Part shown: one piece after another, positions 1 through 17,411 of the stretch
Layout of the letters: the number at the start of each line of letters is the position of its first letter
Numbering within the stretch: the first letter of the stretch is position 1
NCBI RefSeq assembly: GCF_009914755.1
Contig: NC_060936.1
Origin: the human T2T-CHM13v2.0 reference genome, Homo sapiens
DNA: 64,000 bases
Strand: one strand, 5' to 3'
The notes under the pieces: model-generated
The model's database searches: none
The model's input: only the letters and a program-made list of their open reading frames with translations
Told to the model about the DNA's origin: nothing
Translations under genes and position numbers: made by a program

Positions 1-186
1 GTTCCCCTTTTCCTTTTCATATCCACTAGTCAGTCCTGGAAAAACAAGTATTCTGTTCTCCTCAGTAATGCAGCCTAGTTACATCTTCATAGTAACAAAT
101 GCAAAATTCACATTTTGTTTCTGTTGCTAACCAGGACCTCCCAACTTATTTATCATCATCATCTTTTTTTTAAAATAAAATTTGAT

Positions 187-558
187 GCTATGGGTTGAAC
201 TATATCCCCCAAAATTAATATATTGAAGCCCCAGTCCCCAACATGACAGTATTTGGATATGTGGCCTTTGGGAGATAATTAGGCTTAGATGAAGGCATGA
301 GGGTGGGACTCTCATGATGGGATTAGTTCCCTCATAGAAAGACACCAGAGCATGCTTGCTCTCTCACTTTCTTGCCCTCCACCATGTGAAGACAAAGGAA
401 GAAAGCATCCATTTGCAAGCTCAGAACAGGGCCCTCAGCAGAACCTGAACACGCTAACATCTCTATCTCATATTTCCAGCCTCCAGAATTGTAACAAATA
501 AATTTCTGTCATTTAAGCCACCCAGTCTCTGGTTATCTTGTTATGACAGACTAAAGAT
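187..558 (+). mobile_element. MaLR solo LTR (MLT1A/MST-like)
   Basis: tgctatgggttgaa start; aataaatttctg...ttaagccacccagt...agactaa end. Confidence 0.8.
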
Positions 559-724
559 ACTTGGGCCAAGCTGAGATACTTGGTTTCTGTCTATCAATTC
601 TGTTATTTAACAATTTATCTAATAACCTTTTCAGAGATACAGATATCTTAATTCCTCAGTAATTTCCATTTTGGATGAAATTGTTTTATTGATTTCATCT
701 GTTCTGGACACTGTACAAAGTAAT

Positions 725-1074
725 TGTCTTAGTTCGGGCTGTTATATAAAATATGCCAGAAACTGTGTAGCTTAAATCTCAAAGTTCTGGAGCCTCAGAA
801 GTCTAAGATCAAGCTACTAGCATATCTGGTGTCTGGTAAGGGTGTACTTCCTGGTTTGCAGATGTCTGTCTTCTCATTTTATTCTTAAATGGTGGAGAGT
901 AGAGACAGGAAGAAGCCTCTCAAGTATCTTCTTATAAGGGCACAATCCCATTCATGAGGGTTTCAGCCTTATAACCTAATTTCCTCCGAAAGACTCCACC
1001 TTCAAATATCATCCCACTGGGGAATAGGCTTCAACACATGAATTTTGGGGGTATATAAACATTTAGACCATAGC
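725..1074 (-). mobile_element. MaLR solo LTR (MLT1/MST-like), opposite orientation
   Basis: tgtcttagttcgggctg...ttcaacacatgaattttgggg...atttagaccatagca. Confidence 0.8.
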
Positions 1075-1863
1075 ATTGCTTTGCATACATTAATACATTT
1101 TAACTTTACTACAGCCCTAAGAAGCAGACATTCATATTTGAGTTTTATAGCTGAGAAAATGAGGACCAGGATGCTTATATAGTTTGCCTGAGATGATGCA
1201 GTTTATAAGCTGCAACACTGGGGTGTTAACTAATTTTTTAGGCTCCATAACACACTTTTAACCCCACTACACTTTACTACTTCGCTGTTTTCTTAGTTCT
1301 CGCTCTCTTTTTTTTTCTTTCTCCAAGGCTGACAGTGCCAAGTTTCTTGTATTGCTTCTATAACATTCTCCATATTTTGACCTTTGTCCCTTTAATTGGT
1401 GGGGGTGTAGGGGGACAACGTGGGACAAATGACAGCACAGCCAGCAACAGAAAAAAATGGAAAGTTACTGCCTAAAGGAAGAGGAAGGCCTGTTTTCCTG
1501 CTTTACTTGTGAACTGTGGGTGATGATCAACTGGTAAAACATTGGTTCCTAATAAGGAACTCTAGGACTGAGTTGGCAAAGTTGAGATTTTCAGATATAT
1601 ATAAGAAAGTAATTCCTCAGTATTGTAATTGGCTACATTGGGACATCTTAGCTTAGAAAAAATTAGGCATTCTACAGTTTCTTCAAGGGCAAAAGTTAGA
1701 TGCCTGGTAGTTGGGGGGCAAGCTATATATGGTTGATGTGTGATGCCTCTCTCTTATTTCTCTGTATTTTCTTTATTTAAACCTGGAAATGGTACATCTC
1801 CTAGAAGACATACTAGAGGAATAATTCTTATACTTTTTAGTCTCAAGACTGCTTTATACTCTT

Positions 1864-2198
1864 TTATTACTTTTTTTGCAACAGGAAGTGGTCATTTAAT
1901 AAATAACCATGTGGAAGAGGGGGTGCTACCATTCAAAACACCCCGACGGGTCACAGAATGTTCCAGAGCAGAAAGGCACTGGGGACGCCCTGGCTGTCTG
2001 CCACCTCTAGCAGCACACCACCGTTCCAATCATTCAGCCCTTTGTGTCCCTACTAGTCCCTGAAATCGCCTCAGCTGAGTGATACTGGGGGTGGGTGGTG
2101 AGAGGGGAATGCTGGGAGGGAGTGACACTTGGGGATCCAAGACAGAGGTATCAGGACCCAAAATAAATAAATCATGTTGAATGCCCTATGAAAACAGT
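1864..2198 (-). pseudogene. Retroposed 5'-truncated mRNA 3'-end fragment, source gene unknown
   Basis: GC-rich insert splitting the Charlie1 end; minus-strand ATTAAA 17 nt before an A-tail; about 17-bp degenerate TSD. Confidence 0.7.
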
Positions 2199-2590
2199 GA
2201 CCCCTTTATATTCTTAAAAAATATTTAGGAGCTTTTGTGCATGTGAGTTATTTCTATCATTATTTACTTTATTAAGAATTAAAGCTGAAATGATACTAAA
2301 CCTATTACATGTTAACATAAATTTTTATGAAAAATAATTATGTTTTAAAGAAAAAATTATTTTACGTTTTCCAAATGTAAATGTCTTGAATGTCTGGCTT
2401 AATAGGAGACAGCTGGATTCTCATATCTTTTGTCTTCATTCTGTTGTGATTTTTTTTGGGTTGACACATAACGATGAAAATCTGGCTTCATAAAGACATG
2501 TAGTTGAAAGGCAGAATTATATTAATGGCCTTTTTAGATAATAATGGTGGATATTCTTCTTTGATACTATACCAAACGGTACACTTTCTT

Positions 2591-2887
2591 TTTTTGTTTG
2601 TCTTCTTGAGACGGAGTCTCGCTCTGTCACCCTGGCTGGAGTGCCGTGGCGTGATCTCGGCTCACTGTAAACTCCGCCTCCTGGATTCATGCCATTCTCC
2701 TGCCTCAGCCTCTTGAGTAGCTGGGACTACTGGCGCCTGCCACCACGCCCGGCTAATTTTTTGTATTTTCAGTAGAGACGGGGTTTCACCCCGTTAGCCA
2801 GGATGGTCTCGATCTCCTGACCTCGTGATCTGCCCGCCTCTGCCTCCCAAAGTGTTGGAATTACTGCGTGAGCCACCACACCCTGCC
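2591..2887 (-). mobile_element. Alu (Y/Sc-like)
   Basis: full dimer; TSD acactttctt. Confidence 0.9.
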
Positions 2888-3430
2888 GACACTTTCTTAC
2901 AGGTCTAGGATCTGAAACGTTTTTATACTGTGTTACAGTAAAATTCATTTCATTGGTCTTACATTTCAAATGGATCTTTTAGTCATGCATGATTTTGTAA
3001 CATCATGTATTTTAGTTGTGTAGATATTCCAAATGTTATCACTTCCTGCAAATATTACATTTGTTAATATCACCACCATATATCAGAAGAGTCTTAGGTT
3101 ATAGGGTAGATACAAGTTTTTTTAAATTCTGATTTTTGTTTGAAAGCTCAAATTTTATTATTGGCAACAAACACTGTCAGTTGTTTACCCTAAAGTGACA
3201 GGCGTACTTTGTTTATTTTTGAGAAACTGTTTGTACAGTATATACAAATGTAAATAATCATGATTTACTGTTTGCTTTTTCAGTTAAAATGTTATTCCAC
3301 AGGGTAAAAAGACTAGCTCAGTTCACAGCTATGCTTTTCTTCCAACAATGATGGTACTTTGATACACAGTAAAAACGCTTCATGTGTACTTCCTGTTTTG
3401 TCACAAGGAACATTAAAAAGGCATGTACTT

Positions 3431-4101
<671 letters not shown>

Positions 4102-4452
4102 TAAGTAAAACCATTTTTGTTTTTTAAAATCATACGTGGCAGTGAAGAATCCAATGACACTAGTACAGTTTGGGGTTACTGCCTTGATTTCTGCTAAGGC
4201 ACCAGCCATTTGGCCCACGTGCATTGAAAATGGCAAATAATATATTATTATGAAAATAAGTCTGAAATTGCAGACCACCTGAAATGGTCTCAGGGACTCC
4301 TAAGGGGCCCAGGGACCACACTTTGGGAATGACTACCCTAGAGAATTATGTGCTTCCCAGTATTCACCAGGTTATCTCACTCTATCAGGTAGTTCAAGGG
4401 TGAAGATAATTAATCTTTAAAGGTTCTGTTAATACATCTAGAGTGACTAGAG

Positions 4453-4542
4453 GAAATTAGAATTTCTCACTCATTAGGTATATTAGAATTTATCACTCAT
4501 TAGAATTTAGAAATTAGAATTTCTCACTCATTAGGTATATTA
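4453..4542. repeat. Local tandem duplication, 33-bp unit gaaattagaatttctcactcattaggtatatta
   Basis: copies at 4453-4485 and 4510-4542 with a partial copy between. Confidence 0.85.
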
Positions 4543-4687
4543 ATAGCTACTATACTATATTATTTTCCCTTTCTGTCATCCAAGGTAGGTGCTTTTCTGC
4601 TCTCTGAATCACTTAGGATGTGTACCCACATATTCCTTAAACAAGTACCCTTAAGGAATTTATGAAACTTAATTATAAGGGGCTAGT

Positions 4688-4979
4688 GGCTGGGTGTGGT
4701 GGCTCACGCCTATAATCCCAGCACTTTGGAAGGCCAAGGCGGGTGGATCACTTGAGGTCAGGAGTCCGAGACCATCCTGACCAACATGGCGAAACCCCAT
4801 CTCTACTAAAAATACAAAAATTAACTGGGCATGGTGGCTTGTAATCCCACCTTCTCAGGAGGCTAAGGCACAAGAATCACTTGAACCCAGGAGGTGGAGG
4901 TTGCAGTGAGCCAAGACTGAGCCACTGTACTTCAGCCTGGGCAACAGAGTGAAACTGTCTCAAAAGAGAAAAAAAAAAG
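4688..4979 (+). mobile_element. AluS
   Basis: dimer with A-tail. Confidence 0.9.
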
Positions 4980-7291
4980 AGGCTAGCATATCTCTTTTCT
5001 GCCCTTGACTTACTGTTTTTAGAAAGGAATCAATGAGGCTAAATTGCCTTGTCCAAACTAATTTTCTACTTCTTCACAGACATTTCTCTAACAAAAGATC
5101 TCATCACTACCAAATCTATTAGCTCCAAGGTTGTTAACTCTGACAAGCTCCTGACAAATAGACTCCTACATGAATGTGCTACCAGATTTTCTTCATTGTC
5201 TGCCAAGTCAACTCTTACATACAGGATTCTTTAATAGATATCTATGTGATATTGAGATTAGAATGTCTACCTCAGTAACTTTGATTCATCTTAAGCCATC
5301 AGATGTCTCTTGACGTTTAGATAATAATCTACTACCAAAGTACTACAGGAGTTCAAAAACATTCATCACCCTTCATGTTGGTATAGTGGAGTTTATGACA
5401 TATCTGGGTCACAAAAATTGGATTTACACCATAAGTGCTAATCTTAATACCTGTTTCCTTATAAGTGCAGCCACTTGGGGGAAAGTCTTAACAGATTCAT
5501 AGTAGGTTTTCTCCATTGAGGCCCTTGTTCAGTGTTCAGTGCTCTCAACACTAGTTCTCTGCTCAAACTTTCACACTTGACAAGAAGAAACAAAAGGAGA
5601 ACAAGGTTCTAGACTTCAGGAGAGAGCCTCTCTTTTTTACCCAAATCATAAGATTTTAGTGGTTCCAGTATAAATTGATAAATAATTGGTTTGTGTTATA
5701 GTCATTGTGTCATAGAGAAAAAATGATATGCTTTCAAGGCAAGTTTTATAATGTTATTCCTTCGGCTGTAATATACTTGATGTTTCTGAGATCCTTTGTA
5801 TTCTTGCCTCAAAGCTTAGCTGATGAACCTTAAATTCATTCACACACACTTATATGCCACTTATGCCACTTGTAAAGCTGATATTGCACTTGTTGAAGGG
5901 CTTACTAATATTCAAACCCTCCAGTAGATAGAGCTGTTGTCCAATGAGTCACTAGCATGGGTCTTTCTTTCTCAGTTCTTCCTCTAAAGAGGTGTCATTT
6001 TGTTTAGAAAAAATAATGCCCTATTCATTTGCATGGCACTTTGTCATGTTTAGGGGATGTTTTTATTCTTACATTTTTCTCATTTGATTTCCCAGAAAGA
6101 TGTAGATATTTTCATCCTTTATTTATAAGAAAGGCAACCATGCTTGTCCTTACGCACAAGGTTGCTGGATAAAGAAGTTGAGCCACCTGACTCCTGATCT
6201 AGTTCCTTTAAACTAAGCTTTATCATGTTTAGGACAATGACAAGCCTCTGCATATACTTACCCAGTCATTAGCAGTCTAAATGATAATGTTGTTTTTAGT
6301 TATTCCTCCTACTGTGTCATTATGATTATGTCCTTTTTTTAAGCATCCAGTTAAAGATACTGAAAGGCATTAGAAAATACTAGCAGCTAAGACTTTGCAC
6401 TAAAAGCCTGAGGGCTACTATATTTCCCCAAATTTCTTGTCTCACATTATGGTTCACTCATTTTGAGATACCCCAGCTAAAACATCCAATAACTTGCTGT
6501 ACCTAGTAGCAAGAATCAGTTTGGCCTAATAATCACCATGTCAGCTTAATTTTTACCTCCCAGAGGTCCTGCTGTATTGTCAATTAATAAGTAACAAAAA
6601 CAATCCATTTACCTTTGGATGAACGGGATAGCTTTTGTTTGTTCATTCAGTTATCAGACATGTAATGATTAATGCCTTGGGTGTGCCTTGAACATTATTT
6701 ATTTATAAAGAGCTTGCTGAGAAATGGTCTATATTAGCAACAACAGTAATGATAATTAATACTTAATTAGCAGTACAGGCCCTGTTCTAATAGTTATATA
6801 CTTTACATCTGTCAACTGCTATAGGTTCCTCCTTATTTTTCTACTATAAAATTTATACTAAGCACCCTTTGGCTTGCCTCTTTGTTTCTTTAGTAGCAAA
6901 AGAAAGTATGGAAAAAACTGCTCTGAAGAGTAGAACGTGCATCCTGTCAGCAGTTTATGTGGTACATGCTGTCTGGCAGTTTTTAGAAATGGAGATGGCA
7001 TGATGGTATTATCTGCTTTCTAAAGAGCAAGGATAAAGGATTAACCGTATTAGCAGATTACTAATGTTTTCAGGTATATATTTAGAGAAACACTGTGATT
7101 ATTTTTACTGTTAATGTTTCCATGTATAACTACATTTCCTTTCTCTGTTTCTCCACTCCCCATTAAGAGTTTGATTTCTAATCTAAAAGATTTTATTGGT
7201 TTGTCCATAGCACTAAGTTAAGAATAAGAACACAGTCTATAATTCTTCTCTTTGATTCAAAGAAATAGTATTAAAAATCATATATTTTTAG

Positions 7292-7416
7292 GTAACTGAA
7301 TGTGAGATATTTCTGTCACTTCTGGTGAAATTTCTGGATGCAGATAAACCACAGTGGCTACGAGCTGTTGCGGTGGAATCAATACACAGATTCTGTGTGC
7401 AGCCTCAACTATTAAG
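7292..7416 (+). CDS. MON2: MON2 coding exon (VTECEIFL...QPQLLR), 125 nt
   Basis: tttttag|GTAACT acceptor, AAG|gtaaaa donor; translation recognised as MON2; phase 0 to 2 fits next exon. Confidence 0.95.
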
Positions 7417-7860
7417 GTAAAACCTCAGCAATAGTTTGTTAAATAGATAGGTTAATGTTTATTAACCTGTAAACTAACCTATAATAGGTTAATAAACTAG
7501 TCAGAAGACTTTTGGTATTTATTCCCAATATTAGTGATTTCTAAACAAAGAAAATAGGGTATTGTATCTATAAGGACGGGTAGGGCGTGTAGATGTGGAA
7601 AAGAACTGTGAGGTAAACACATGTGGTGAGTGATAGACATCAGTCTGAATTTACTGATTTAATATAGCCAAAATAATTTTTTTAGAACTGTGACCTCTAT
7701 CTGAACCTTTGTCCTAAATTGGTAAAATTACTGAGTTGTAATGAAGAATGTTTTAGTATAGTTTGGTAACTCTTATAGTAATATCACTTGCTATAAAAAG
7801 GTTTACAGTTTTTAATATATTCAAATGTTTTTCCCAAAAACCTTTTAAATTATTTTACAG

Positions 7861-7997
7861 GTCATTTTGTCAGTCCTATGATATGAAACAGCATTCTACC
7901 AAGGTTTTTCGTGATATTGTAAATGCACTGGGATCTTTTATACAGTCCTTGTTTCTTGTCCCCCCTACTGGAAATCCTGCAACAAGCAACCAAGCTG
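7861..7997 (+). CDS. MON2: MON2 coding exon ([10 protein letters not shown]...TSNQA), 137 nt
   Basis: ttttacag acceptor, CTG|gtaaaa donor; inside ORF 7763..8053. Confidence 0.95.
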
Positions 7998-8722
7998 GTA
8001 AAAACATATTCATAATTTTGTTTCTTATATTCTGCCGTAAGTTACAGTATTGACTGTTCTGAGAGGATATTATGAAATTCTGTGACTAGAGAAATTTGGG
8101 TTACCTAAACATGTTGGTAGTAAAGAATTGCACTGAAAGAATAATCTGATCTCAATGAAGCAGTTGTGTTTCTTTTTTCCAGAATAGATTTTCTTCTCTG
8201 ACATACTTTCAGTTTCTCTGATCACATAAGAACAAAAGTTTAGATGCTAATCTTCATTTTAAAAGAACCTTTATTTGATGACTCCCTTTGAAGAGTCTAG
8301 ATGGTTACCACCTTAGGAAGACTTAGTCCCTCTCTTAAAGGGGTTAACATGGTTGGAGTTTGGGAATCTGTATGGTTTGTTGTTTCCCTTTACCTTCTTT
8401 CTCTTCCACTTTGTACTGAGTGATGGTTTTGTATACCTTATTCCCATTTCTGATAAAAAGTGGTCTAATGAAAGGCTAAACATTTATCAGTATTTTTACT
8501 TCCCCTAGCAGCTTTTATTTTAAAAAGGGAAATGGTATTTTAGGGAAATAGGAACATTCTCTGATAGACAAAGTAGTACTGATAAATTTCATTTATTTCT
8601 GCAATACCCATTCTGATAGCACAGAAATTTTTTTTAAAGATTGGCCAGGTGTTTGACTATTACTGATTTGTAGTCAAGTAGTAAATTAGTGTCTTTTCTT
8701 TTTTTCCCTTCTTCTCTAACAG

Positions 8723-8876
8723 GAAACAATAATTTAGGTGGCTCAGTCTCAGCACCAGCTAACTCAGGAATGGTGGGGATTGGTGGAGGTGTTACTTTGC
8801 TACCAGCATTTGAATATAGGGGAACCTGGATACCTATTCTGACAATCACAGTTCAAGGCAGTGCTAAAGCCACCTA
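8723..8876 (+). CDS. MON2: MON2 coding exon (GNNNLGG...GSAKAT), 154 nt
   Basis: pyrimidine tract + ctaacag acceptor, CTA|gtaagt donor; ORF 8689..8877. Confidence 0.95.
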
Positions 8877-9618
8877 GTAAGTAGTAGCAGCATTATTTTA
8901 TAAGGAATGATGTTGTTGGGGGTGATATTTAACCTAAAATTCTTCTCTATTGTATTTTAAATTTTAGACCCACTACTTCTAAGGTATTTTAGAGCTCATT
9001 TTCTTTCGTCATATTTTGAAAATTGTATCTAGGACTGGATTTTATTTGTTTTCTTTTGTGCTGTTTGTAGACTAACAGCATTATAAAACAAAATGTGATT
9101 TCTTTACATATGGACCTATTAGCTCTCCTATACAGCTTTTTGGTTTAAGTATATGAATTAGTTTCAGACCACTTGGGCTTAGGTCTTCTAATATTAGCTG
9201 AGTTACTGTCAGCAAATTAATCTTTTTTTCTTTTTTTTAAACCTCATTTCTCTCATCTATACAATGGGAGTAGTGATATATCTAATTTTCAGAATTCTAT
9301 ATGTAAGAAAAGTTGTTTTAAGTGCTTATCTAATCATATTGTTAGGGTTAAACACATGAAAATTTTAGTTTTTAATTAATTAAAAAGTGTTTAATGGATT
9401 CCATATCTGTTATTTTTAAATTGTTTGTCATTAGCCATTTCAATTTAACAAATGCATACTCAATAATGTATTACTGATTTTTTCTTAAGTCTTAATGAGA
9501 TACAGTACTTACAGAAATAAGGCAATCAATACTACATGGATTTAACATTGCTATAGTTACTATGAGGCAGTTATAGATATATTTTGAGTAATTGGTATGT
9601 ATAATTAAAACTATCCTT

Positions 9619-10040
<422 letters not shown>

Positions 10041-11622
10041 TAGAAATGAAACAGAATCTTCGGCTAGTTAAAATCATCAGTTTCTCTGGTGTGTCAGTCT
10101 GCATTGTATCATCCTAGGTATATTTTACCTTACAGCTTTATTTTGCATAAAATTATAAAAGTATAGAGTCATAGAAGACTGAAATATTTTAAGTTCATTG
10201 TTATTTTTAGTCATTTATATTCAAATCACTTAGTATTTTATAGGCTTTGCCTTGTACAAAAGGTAATGACTCAAGTATACTAGAGAATTAAGTTGTAAAA
10301 GAATCAGATATCTAGCACTAAAGGAGACATTAATTATCTAGTTCACCTTCCCACCTCATTTTATAACCTGAACATAAACCAACACAGAAGAAAATTTTTG
10401 CCTTCATAGAGCTTACACTTTAGCGAGTGAGATAGTAAATAAATAAATATACAAGTAAATATATAATATAACCTTGGGTAGTGGTTAATTTGAAGAAAAA
10501 GCAAGTTAAGGCCATAGAGAATGACCAAGGTGAAGATGGGGACAGAAAGGGTCTCCCTGAGGAAATAATACTGAGCAGACACATAAAGGGAGGGAGTGAA
10601 GATGTGTACTTGAGGAAGGAAAAAAAAAAAAAGAAACAAGCCACAAAATAATAAATACTTGTCTGGGTTGTAGATCTCCTTTTTAAAATTTATTAGTAAA
10701 AGCCTACCAACACTGTTTATTGATACTGGATTTTAACTAGTTCTGCTACTAAATACTGTGATTTTGAGTATAGCACTTGATTTCACTTGATCTTAATTTT
10801 CTCTTCTTTAAGACAAGATTAGGACTGAATCTCTAAAGGAACATATGTGTAGATTTTTTTTTAGTGCTATACATACTGAAATTGCTTAATTCTGAAATAA
10901 TAAATGGCCAGAAAATATTGGGTGTTCTTTTGTACATGGGTTAGTATGTTCACACTGGAGCTTAACTGTTGAATTGGCATCTTTTATTCAATTCATTGTG
11001 AGGTTCAATATAAAATGATTTCACTATTTTCTTTGAAGGCATATGTATACATCTTGATTGTGCATTCTGTTCTTTTATTGACTGCTTGAGTATAATTTGA
11101 AAACTTAAGTGATATATAGATAGAAGTAGTTTGGACGTAAGTATTGGTGGCATATTCTTTTATATTTATTACACTACAGCTCCCTTCAAAGTTGGACTTG
11201 TGACAGTTTTTGCAATTTGACCTTAAGTTTAAAATGTTTAAACAGATACATTACATTTTATCTCAAAGTGGAATTTATGCAGTAATTCTAATAAAGTAGC
11301 ACTGAAACAGTGAGTTAAGAAAGTATGTGTTTTCTTTTAGGTTTATGGTATAAATAAAAAGTATAAATTACCCTTTCTCTTAACTATTCTAGTGCTTAAA
11401 GTCTGTGCCATAGAATTGGAGAATTGGAGTTTCTGATGTTTTGGATTATTTTATGTTTTAGATACATTTTCCCAATAGATCACATATTCTTTGAGAATAG
11501 GAATTTGTCTAATGAGATGCTTAACACTGATTTATTTACGATGTGGCTCTCAAAGGCTAATTGGCCTGGGAAAGATTAAAGCCGTAAACAGATATTTATC
11601 TCCCCATTTGAGCTTAAGTTTC

Positions 11623-11927
11623 TTTCTGTTTTTCACTTTCCTTTTATGTTTGGGGGTACATGTGAAGGTTTGTTAAATAGGTAAACATGTGTCATGGGGA
11701 TTTGTTGTATGTATTATTTCATCACCCAGATGTTAACCCCAGTACCCAATAGTTACCTTTTCTGCTCCTCTTTCTCCTCCCACCCTCCCGCCTCAAGTAC
11801 ACCCCAGTGTCTGGTATTTCCTTCTTTGTGTTCATAAGTTCTTACCATTTAGCCCCATTTATAAGTGAGAACGTGCAGTATTTGGTTTTCTGTTCCGGCG
11901 TTAGTTTGCTAATAGCCTCCAGCTCTA
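11623..11927 (-). mobile_element. L1P (older L1PA/L1PB) 3' end
   Basis: gggggtacatgtg...cccaatagtta...ataagtgagaac; degenerate TSD ga(g/a)cttaa(g/a)tttc. Confidence 0.8.
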
Positions 11928-12321
11928 GAACTTAAATTTCATAATCAACAATGTAAACATATTTCTAATGATTACATAAATTTTTAAAAGCTCAAGAGTT
12001 GACACATTAGTGGTAGGCTTTAGTGTCAGTCAGACTTGATTTTAAAAACTTCTCATTAATAACTGTAATATTAGTCCTCAGTTTTATTTCTGTGTCTCTT
12101 AGGGTTTTTGTGAGGAGTTAAATGAGATAATACATATTAAAAAAGTAGAGTCCCAGGCTAAGAGTATTTGCTCAGTGAATGATCACTATATATAGATGTT
12201 CTTATTATGTTTTTTTTAATTTAGCATTTCTTTATTAATTACCTACCTTGATGATTCAGAAACTTTAAGATTTTGAGGTAGGACATTTTCTTAGCTTTTT
12301 TATTGTAATCTTTAGTAATTT

Positions 12322-14235
<1,914 letters not shown>

Positions 14236-14520
14236 TCTTTGTCAATTGAATTACTCTTTTTTCTAGGAATTATTTTGCCAGATGTCAATTTTAAGAGGTT
14301 TAGAACCATAGTTCACTACCTGCCATGATTTAAAACAGATTTATTGTCCTTCCTTCTGAAAACTTTCTCCTAACTATGGGGTAAAAAATTGCTCCGCAGT
14401 TTGAACTTGACACACTGATGCTCTTATTCTCACCTTGTTGGCAGATTGTATTTGAAATGATAGGTGAGCTGGGCATCTCACAGCATGAAAAGCATCTTCC
14501 TCTTCATAGGAGTGATTTGA

Positions 14521-14842
<322 letters not shown>

Positions 14843-15211
14843 AATGGCATCTTATTTTTAAGGCACAAGTCAGAGTTTAAGAAGTTTTATCTCATTGTAT
14901 TTTGCATGTCAGTCTTAATTTTTCTAATATCTAATATTTAATGAAAACATTGGCACAACTCAGGGGAGAATGAGAAGTAAATTATTAAAATAATTAGTTA
15001 TGGCAGTGGTCAGGCCTTAATTTTTCTAATCAGGTTTTTAGAATACCATGAAGAGATCTCTTCCCTAAATGAAAGAAATTTGGTAATGTCCCTTTATTTT
15101 TTGCTATTCTGTTAATCTTAATTTCTATAGTCTGTAAATTGTAGAAAATAGTTTTATGTATTTTTTTTGTTGTGGCTTCTCATTAGTATTCTATATTTTT
15201 CATAATTTCAG

Positions 15212-15444
15212 CTTAGAAATGTTGGACAAAGTTGAGCCTCCAACTATACCTGAAGGTTACGCCATGTCTGTGGCATTCCATTGTTTGCTAGACCTTGTTC
15301 GTGGAATCACAAGTATGATTGAAGGAGAGCTAGGAGAGCTTGAAACAGAATGTCAAACCACCACTGAAGAAGGTTCTTCACCAACACAGTCGACAGAACA
15401 GCAGGATTTACAGTCAACATCAGACCAAATGGATAAGGAAATTG
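15212..15444 (+). CDS. MON2: MON2 coding exon ([11 protein letters not shown]...MDKEI), 233 nt
   Basis: tttcag acceptor, TTG|gtatga donor; ORF 15156..15464. Confidence 0.95.
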
Positions 15445-15454
15445 GTATGAGTCT

Positions 15455-16760
15455 GTATTTTTAATTTTTATTGGAAATAATTTGAAATTTACAATTTGCA
15501 AAAATTGTAGTCTTTATAAATCTTTCACCCTGACTTCTCAAGTGTTAACCACTTTCCCACATTTACCTTACCATTTTCTTGAATTATATACATGTGACTA
15601 TACTTTTTTCTGACCTATTTATAGAAAAAGTTGCAGACATGATGCCGTATTACTACCCTTTAATGCATCAGTGTGTATTTTTTCAAAATAAGGTTAGTCT
15701 CCTGTGTATCATAGTACAATCACCATCAGAAATTTAACATCAATACAATATTATCATCTAACTCCACGTCTCATTCAAATTTTGCCAGTTGCCCTAGTGA
15801 TGTCCTTTTATGTGTTGAATTTAGTTGCCATGTCTCAACTTGGAAGTTTCTTAGTTTTTCCTTGTTTTATATGACCTTACTTTTTTGAGTACAAGTCAGT
15901 CAGTTTGAGTTTGTGTTGTGTTCCTTCATAATTACATTCAGCTTATTCATTTTTGACAGGACTGGCACAGAAATGTTGCTGTGCTGTACTTACTGTATCA
16001 TTACATTAGGAAGCATACTACAGTATCAATTTGTGTCATTATTGGAGATGCTCACTTCTATGAGTTGGTTAATACAATGTCAGCCTGGTTTCTTCAGTGT
16101 ACAGTTAATTATTAACTTTTTGTGGAAAAATACTTTCAGATTGCTACTACAAAAGAGTGCTTTCCCTTCTGCATTTTTTTATTTTTTAAAAATTATTCAC
16201 TTATATTAGTGTAGATTCATGGATTCCTATTTTATTCAGAGGATTATAGTCTTTATTATTATTTGGTTTGATGCTCAGATTGTTCCCAACATGGCCAATG
16301 GGACCTCTTTCAAGATGACCCGTGTGTCCTTTGGACATGTCCCATGCCCTTTTGACATTCTCTGAGCACTTCCTATTTGATAGAACAAGATGTTCCAGGC
16401 TGATCTTGGATGATTCTTGTCCATCCCAGGTGTCAGTCATTTCTCCAGGAAGTCCTGGTTCCTTTTAGTGGAGAATAGTATTGAAACGAACACAGGTATA
16501 CTAGGTATGCTTTTCACCACTTGGATAGGAAATACATACCCACATACACACACCCCCACACACAAGCACACGTCTCTGTACATTTCTAAAATGTCTGTTT
16601 CTCTATATTGAATTACCATGACATCACACTAGTTTCTTCAGTTCCAGTTCAGTACCACAAGGTTTATTTTTAACTTTCTGTATTTGTAATTCCCTTCTCC
16701 AACAGTGTTGGAACCTGCTCACATTTTGCTCAGTGTATTTACTTATTTGCTTGATTCTCA
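15455..16760 (-). mobile_element. Old L1MC/ME-like 3' fragment
   Basis: typical antisense L1M text (catggattcctattttattca, gctcagattgttccca). Confidence 0.6.
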
Positions 16761-16883
16761 GTGTATGTAATCAGTCTCCTGGCTGAGCCAGTTTGTTACA
16801 CTGCGCCCTGCCCTCACTCCAACTGGTCACACAGGCTGAGAAAGTTTGGGTTGATGAAGGCAAAGGGAAAGGAAAGGATATCA

Positions 16884-17411
<528 letters not shown>

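Noticed and set aside
1995-2015. CTCF-like motif tgccacctctagcag
   Set aside because: Several core mismatches; not supportable without ChIP data.
1740-2063. 107-aa ORF on the + strand
   Set aside because: It crosses the Charlie1/retrocopy junction antisense to the insert, and I see no recognisable homology.
4453-4542. Direct repeats as a CRISPR-like array
   Set aside because: Only two full copies, the spacer is derived from the unit, and the context is a eukaryotic intron; a simple slippage duplication (similar ones at 20808-20862, about 53150-53190 and about 54082-54127).
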